DNA of 64,000 nt, from the NCBI GenBank assembly GCA_963555755.3, contig OY820905.2, positions 2,752,001-2,816,000 of the forward strand, given 5' to 3'. Below the pieces are notes generated by a model. It did no database searches and had not been told where the DNA came from. It saw only the letters and a list, made by a program, of their open reading frames with translations. Each line of letters begins with the position of its first letter. Position 1 is the first letter of the stretch. The DNA comes from Nitrospirales bacterium (GTDB lineage Bacteria; Nitrospirota; Nitrospiria; Nitrospirales; UBA8639). Shown one piece after another: positions 60,736 to 64,000 of this stretch. A program made the translations under genes and the position numbers.

Positions 60736-60921
60736 ATCGTATAAGTCCGCGTCAATAGAGGCGAATCTAACATAGGGGTTCTCAGAGGCGCAATATGAAT
60801 GCCATGGATGATCGTCGTTTGTCTCTCGTCGTCCGTATCTCGTAAAAAACGAAAAACGAAATACGCAAGACGAACCCCCGAACCTTGTTCCTGTTGTGGA
60901 AGGATGCTATAACCCCGCGGG

Positions 60922-61593
60922 ATGAGAAAATGTGACTCTTGCGAGCAACAGAATCCGGATGATGCGAAGTTTTGCCATGGTTGCGGCGTGCCGTTCTCCG
61001 AAGAACCGGTAGCCTCTCCTTCCGTTGACGTTGAGGACGACGAGCATCTCTGGGAAACCTTTATTGGGGACAACCCGACCGTTCATTTTTCCCCATCTCA
61101 TGGTTGGGCCTGGCGGCCCGCGGCTCTCTATTACCTTTCCAAGTTTGCAAAATTTCGTACGGCTCGTGGTCCGAAGTTTGAATTGTCGTGGAACTGGGCT
61201 GCATTTTTGTTTGATTTCCTCTGGTTTCTTTACCGGAAGATGTACCTGTTTGCGCTGTTGTACGCGGTGGGCCCGTTTTTGGCGTTGTATCTGACCGGGA
61301 TCCCCACCATCGGCGTGGTGTGGAAAATCATGGCGGCGGTCAGTGCGAACTATCTGTATTTTTGGCATGTCAAAGATCATCTGCAAAAACTTAAAACCCA
61401 AGGCCTTGTGGATCAAACGTCTCAAGAGGGGTTTTTGAAAGAAGAAGGCGGCGTGCAACCCTATGTAATTTGGTTGGGCGCCCTGTTGATGTTATTCGGT
61501 GTGCTGTTTTCGGATCAGTATATGGATATGTATGGGGACGGGGTACCAATGGAATCGTCGGTGCCCGACTCGCGAATGCATGTAGACGAGTGA
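60922..61593 (+). CDS. Zinc-ribbon plus DUF2628-like membrane protein
   Basis: CDSC...CHGCG; SWNWAAFLF..LWFLYRKMY. Confidence 0.75.
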   Translation: MRKCDSCEQQNPDDAKFCHGCGVPFSEEPVASPSVDVEDDEHLWETFIGDNPTVHFSPSHGWAWRPAALYYLSKFAKFRTARGPKFELSWNWAAFLFDFLWFLYRKMYLFALLYAVGPFLALYLTGIPTIGVVWKIMAAVSANYLYFWHVKDHLQKLKTQGLVDQTSQEGFLKEEGGVQPYVIWLGALLMLFGVLFSDQYMDMYGDGVPMESSVPDSRMHVDE

Positions 61594-61652
61594 GGTTTTT
61601 TCAGGTGGCACCGGATCATCTGTTCGGAGGAGGCGTGGATCGAGTGGGATCG

Positions 61653-62462
61653 TTAGCTTTTTTCCGATACGGAGAGTTGCCAAGCGAACCAGGGCTGAAA
61701 CCATTGATAATCGTTTTGATAGGCTGTGTGGATACCGTGAGTGCCTTCGGCTTTCTCATTTAACGTCGTAAAGGTTCGAGGCCAGTTCTTGGTCCACCAG
61801 GATTTGAGTTCGCCGGCGCTGAAGGGCTGGTCGTTGGGTTGATAGATACCGGCGGCAGCCACGATATCGGCAATGAGCGGCCAATAGCGATCCTTGCCCA
61901 TGCCCAGAGCCCGGAAATGTTCCCGCAATAAAAAGACCACCCAGAGTTCCGCGCTGTGTTTTTTATTATGTTTAAAAGGCTGGGTTTGTCGTAGGGGGAT
62001 CGGGTGAAAGTTTTTGATGATCGAGGTGAAGTCCGGGCCGCCGTAACTGCCGGCGATTTGGGCAATGCCTTCTAGCATTGTCGCCAATTCAACCTCAACA
62101 ATGGGTGAGGCGGCGGGTTCTTGTTCAAACGGGTTGGGTGTCGTGAGAAGATCGATGAGAGGTTTGAGCTCACGCAACCTGACCACAGCCAATTGCAAGA
62201 TGTGCGAAGATTCAAGCCAGTAGTCCGTGTCATGTTTCGAAAGGCGCTCTCGTCCGGCTGGAGGCAAGACCACCGGGATCCAATGCCGCAACAGGACAAA
62301 CAAAATGTAATGGATATCCCCCTTGACCTCGACAATGTGGTCAAGCACTCCGTTGCCCTGGGCCTCATGAAAAAATCGTTGGGCCTTGTCTTCCACCCCA
62401 AGGTGTTGGGCTAACGCCACCCACCAATCAGCTTGAGGCTGAGGAGTTTGAAGGTCAGTCAT
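61653..62462 (-). CDS. Hypothetical protein
   Basis: 269-aa ATG ORF filling the gap; no recognisable motif. Confidence 0.7.
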   Translation of the reverse strand: MTDLQTPQPQADWWVALAQHLGVEDKAQRFFHEAQGNGVLDHIVEVKGDIHYILFVLLRHWIPVVLPPAGRERLSKHDTDYWLESSHILQLAVVRLRELKPLIDLLTTPNPFEQEPAASPIVEVELATMLEGIAQIAGSYGGPDFTSIIKNFHPIPLRQTQPFKHNKKHSAELWVVFLLREHFRALGMGKDRYWPLIADIVAAAGIYQPNDQPFSAGELKSWWTKNWPRTFTTLNEKAEGTHGIHTAYQNDYQWFQPWFAWQLSVSEKS

Positions 62463-62626
62463 AGAGGCTGTTGCGTACTGGCGGATAAATGGTGTGAGGT
62501 CGGTTCATCTCCAAGCGTAAGTGCATGGTACGAGGTGGCTGATGGCAACGCAAGTCAAAGTTGAGGTGTGCTCAGGTTTCTTCGCCAGACCATGGCGAAG
62601 GTTGAATCTGATCGGAGAAAGGTCAC

Positions 62627-63232
62627 ATGAAACAGATGGTGCTGCTTCGACATGGAGAGTCGCAATGGAATCTCGAGAATCGATTCACGGGTTGGGTGGA
62701 TGTGCCCTTGAGTCCTCGTGGTGAGCAGGAAGCCAAGGAGGCTGGCCAAAAATTGCAGACCTTTCGGTTCAACCATGCATTTACCTCAGTCCTGACTCGC
62801 GCCATAAAGACCCTCGAGTTTGTTCTGGAGGTGATCGGGCAAACGGATCTCCAGGTTGTAAAGCATCAGGCGCTGAACGAACGAAAGTATGGGGAACTCC
62901 AAGGGTTAAATAAGGCCGAGACTGTTGAAAAATATGGCGACCACCAGGTCAAACTGTGGCGGAGAAGTTATGATGTGCGGCCACCCGGGGGGGAGAGTTT
63001 GCAGGATACGGCTGAACGTGTGATCCCATATTATCAGGAGAAGATTTGGCCGATTCTTTCAAAAGGCGAGTCTATTTTGGTTGTTGCACATGGGAACAGT
63101 TTGCGCGCATTGGTTATGCATCTTGATCAACTACGCCGGGAAGAGGTTCTGGAATTAAATATTCCAACAGGGGCCCCATTGCTCTATGAACTTGATGATG
63201 AGGGTAAAATTCTGAGTCATCGATATTTATAA
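62627..63232 (+). CDS. gpmA: 2,3-bisphosphoglycerate-dependent phosphoglycerate mutase
   Basis: LLRHGES, RFTGW, LNERKYG, AHGNSLR. Confidence 0.95.
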   Translation: MKQMVLLRHGESQWNLENRFTGWVDVPLSPRGEQEAKEAGQKLQTFRFNHAFTSVLTRAIKTLEFVLEVIGQTDLQVVKHQALNERKYGELQGLNKAETVEKYGDHQVKLWRRSYDVRPPGGESLQDTAERVIPYYQEKIWPILSKGESILVVAHGNSLRALVMHLDQLRREEVLELNIPTGAPLLYELDDEGKILSHRYL

Positions 63233-63252
63233 CGTTGTCGAAACTCCCTCCT

Positions 63253-63759
63253 TCAAGGCAAGTTGTCAGGGCTGAACCCCTCTTCGATCTCGGCGGCGGC
63301 CTGTCCGATTTCTTCCATAGGCACCAAGTCTAGTAGCAGAACCAGGAGCTTGTGTTCTTCTCCTCGGGGAATGGTTCCTTCTGATTCTAAGGTGCCAGCC
63401 ACTTGGGTTAAGATAGCGATAGGCTCACCTCCCTGATTGCCCATGTGGTCCCAGGCTTTGTGCTTCGTCTCTATGTCCGAGAAGAATTGTTCAATGGGCC
63501 GGTGCACGAAGCCAAATCGGCTTTCCCACCGTTCTCGGACCTGTGTTTGAACATGCTCCCAGATTTCCTTTCCTGCCTGCTCGGGGATGCCGACTTGTAT
63601 GGCACGTTTGATCCAGTATGTTGAAAGCAGCACAATTTCCCAGGTGATGGATTGGGCCTGTTCCTGAGATACCGTAAGGCCATAGTCCTCAAAGAAATCT
63701 GGTGCAATGGCGGGAGGGATTACGTTGAATAGGGTTTCAGCGCCTTGTTCGTGGGCCAT
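63253..63759 (-). CDS. Hypothetical protein
   Basis: 168-aa acidic ORF with ATG start. Confidence 0.65.
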   Translation of the reverse strand: MAHEQGAETLFNVIPPAIAPDFFEDYGLTVSQEQAQSITWEIVLLSTYWIKRAIQVGIPEQAGKEIWEHVQTQVRERWESRFGFVHRPIEQFFSDIETKHKAWDHMGNQGGEPIAILTQVAGTLESEGTIPRGEEHKLLVLLLDLVPMEEIGQAAAEIEEGFSPDNLP

Positions 63760-63791
63760 ACAAACGGTGTCCTGGGGAACAAATATATCCA

Positions 63792-63981
63792 GGGAATGTT
63801 GAAAAAAGCCGCCAGCGGCGTTCTCGCCCTTTTGCCGTGCTCACGTACTATGAGTACGCTCCGCGCGTCAAAAGGGCTGCGGCCTTGCTGGACGGACTTT
63901 TTTGAACATTCCCTCTCACTGACGATGTGGGGCTCATCTGGAGCGTGTATTGGCTATTGACGCGAATTATTCAACAGCCCC
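63792..63981 (+). mobile_element. MITE family A, long form, copy A6
   Basis: GGGAATGTTGAA...TTCAACAGCCCC; ATCCA duplicated at 63787-63791 and 63982-63986. Confidence 0.85.
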
Positions 63982-64000
63982 ATCCAGCATACGAAGGTGT

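Overview
Bacterial chromosomal window, probably from a Nitrospirota (Nitrospirales-like) organism; this is inferred from gene content and repeat style, not from a database search. The backbone is housekeeping: mrdA(3' end)-rodA-rng-dprA-topA, tig-clpP-clpX, tRNA-Leu, tRNA-Ser, SRP RNA, dnaX-ybaB-recR, suhB, ugd, tRNA-Gly, gpsA-larB, larC-pdxA-rsmB-rpe-pheS-pheT (archaeal-type PheRS), argDFGH-lipoprotein-lysA-dapA-dapB and gpmA. Accessory content includes an intact IS1380 and an intact IS4, a decayed att-bounded islet at tRNA-Gly (integrase remnant, IS5/IS903-like remnant, mlaC-like gene), a four-gene HEAT-repeat operon, and three toxin-antitoxin-like modules (MazEF, BrnTA, and a CapRel-like small alarmone synthetase split by one in-frame stop from its putative antitoxin). 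Intergenic DNA is rich in small non-autonomous elements. At least four MITE families (A-D) have different terminal inverted repeats (TIRs) but carry the same covarying hairpin core. A TIR-less structured repeat (E) occurs in this window only next to the TA modules. REP-like units nest inside these repeats, and inverted heptamer arrays are common. No CRISPR array or rRNA was seen.
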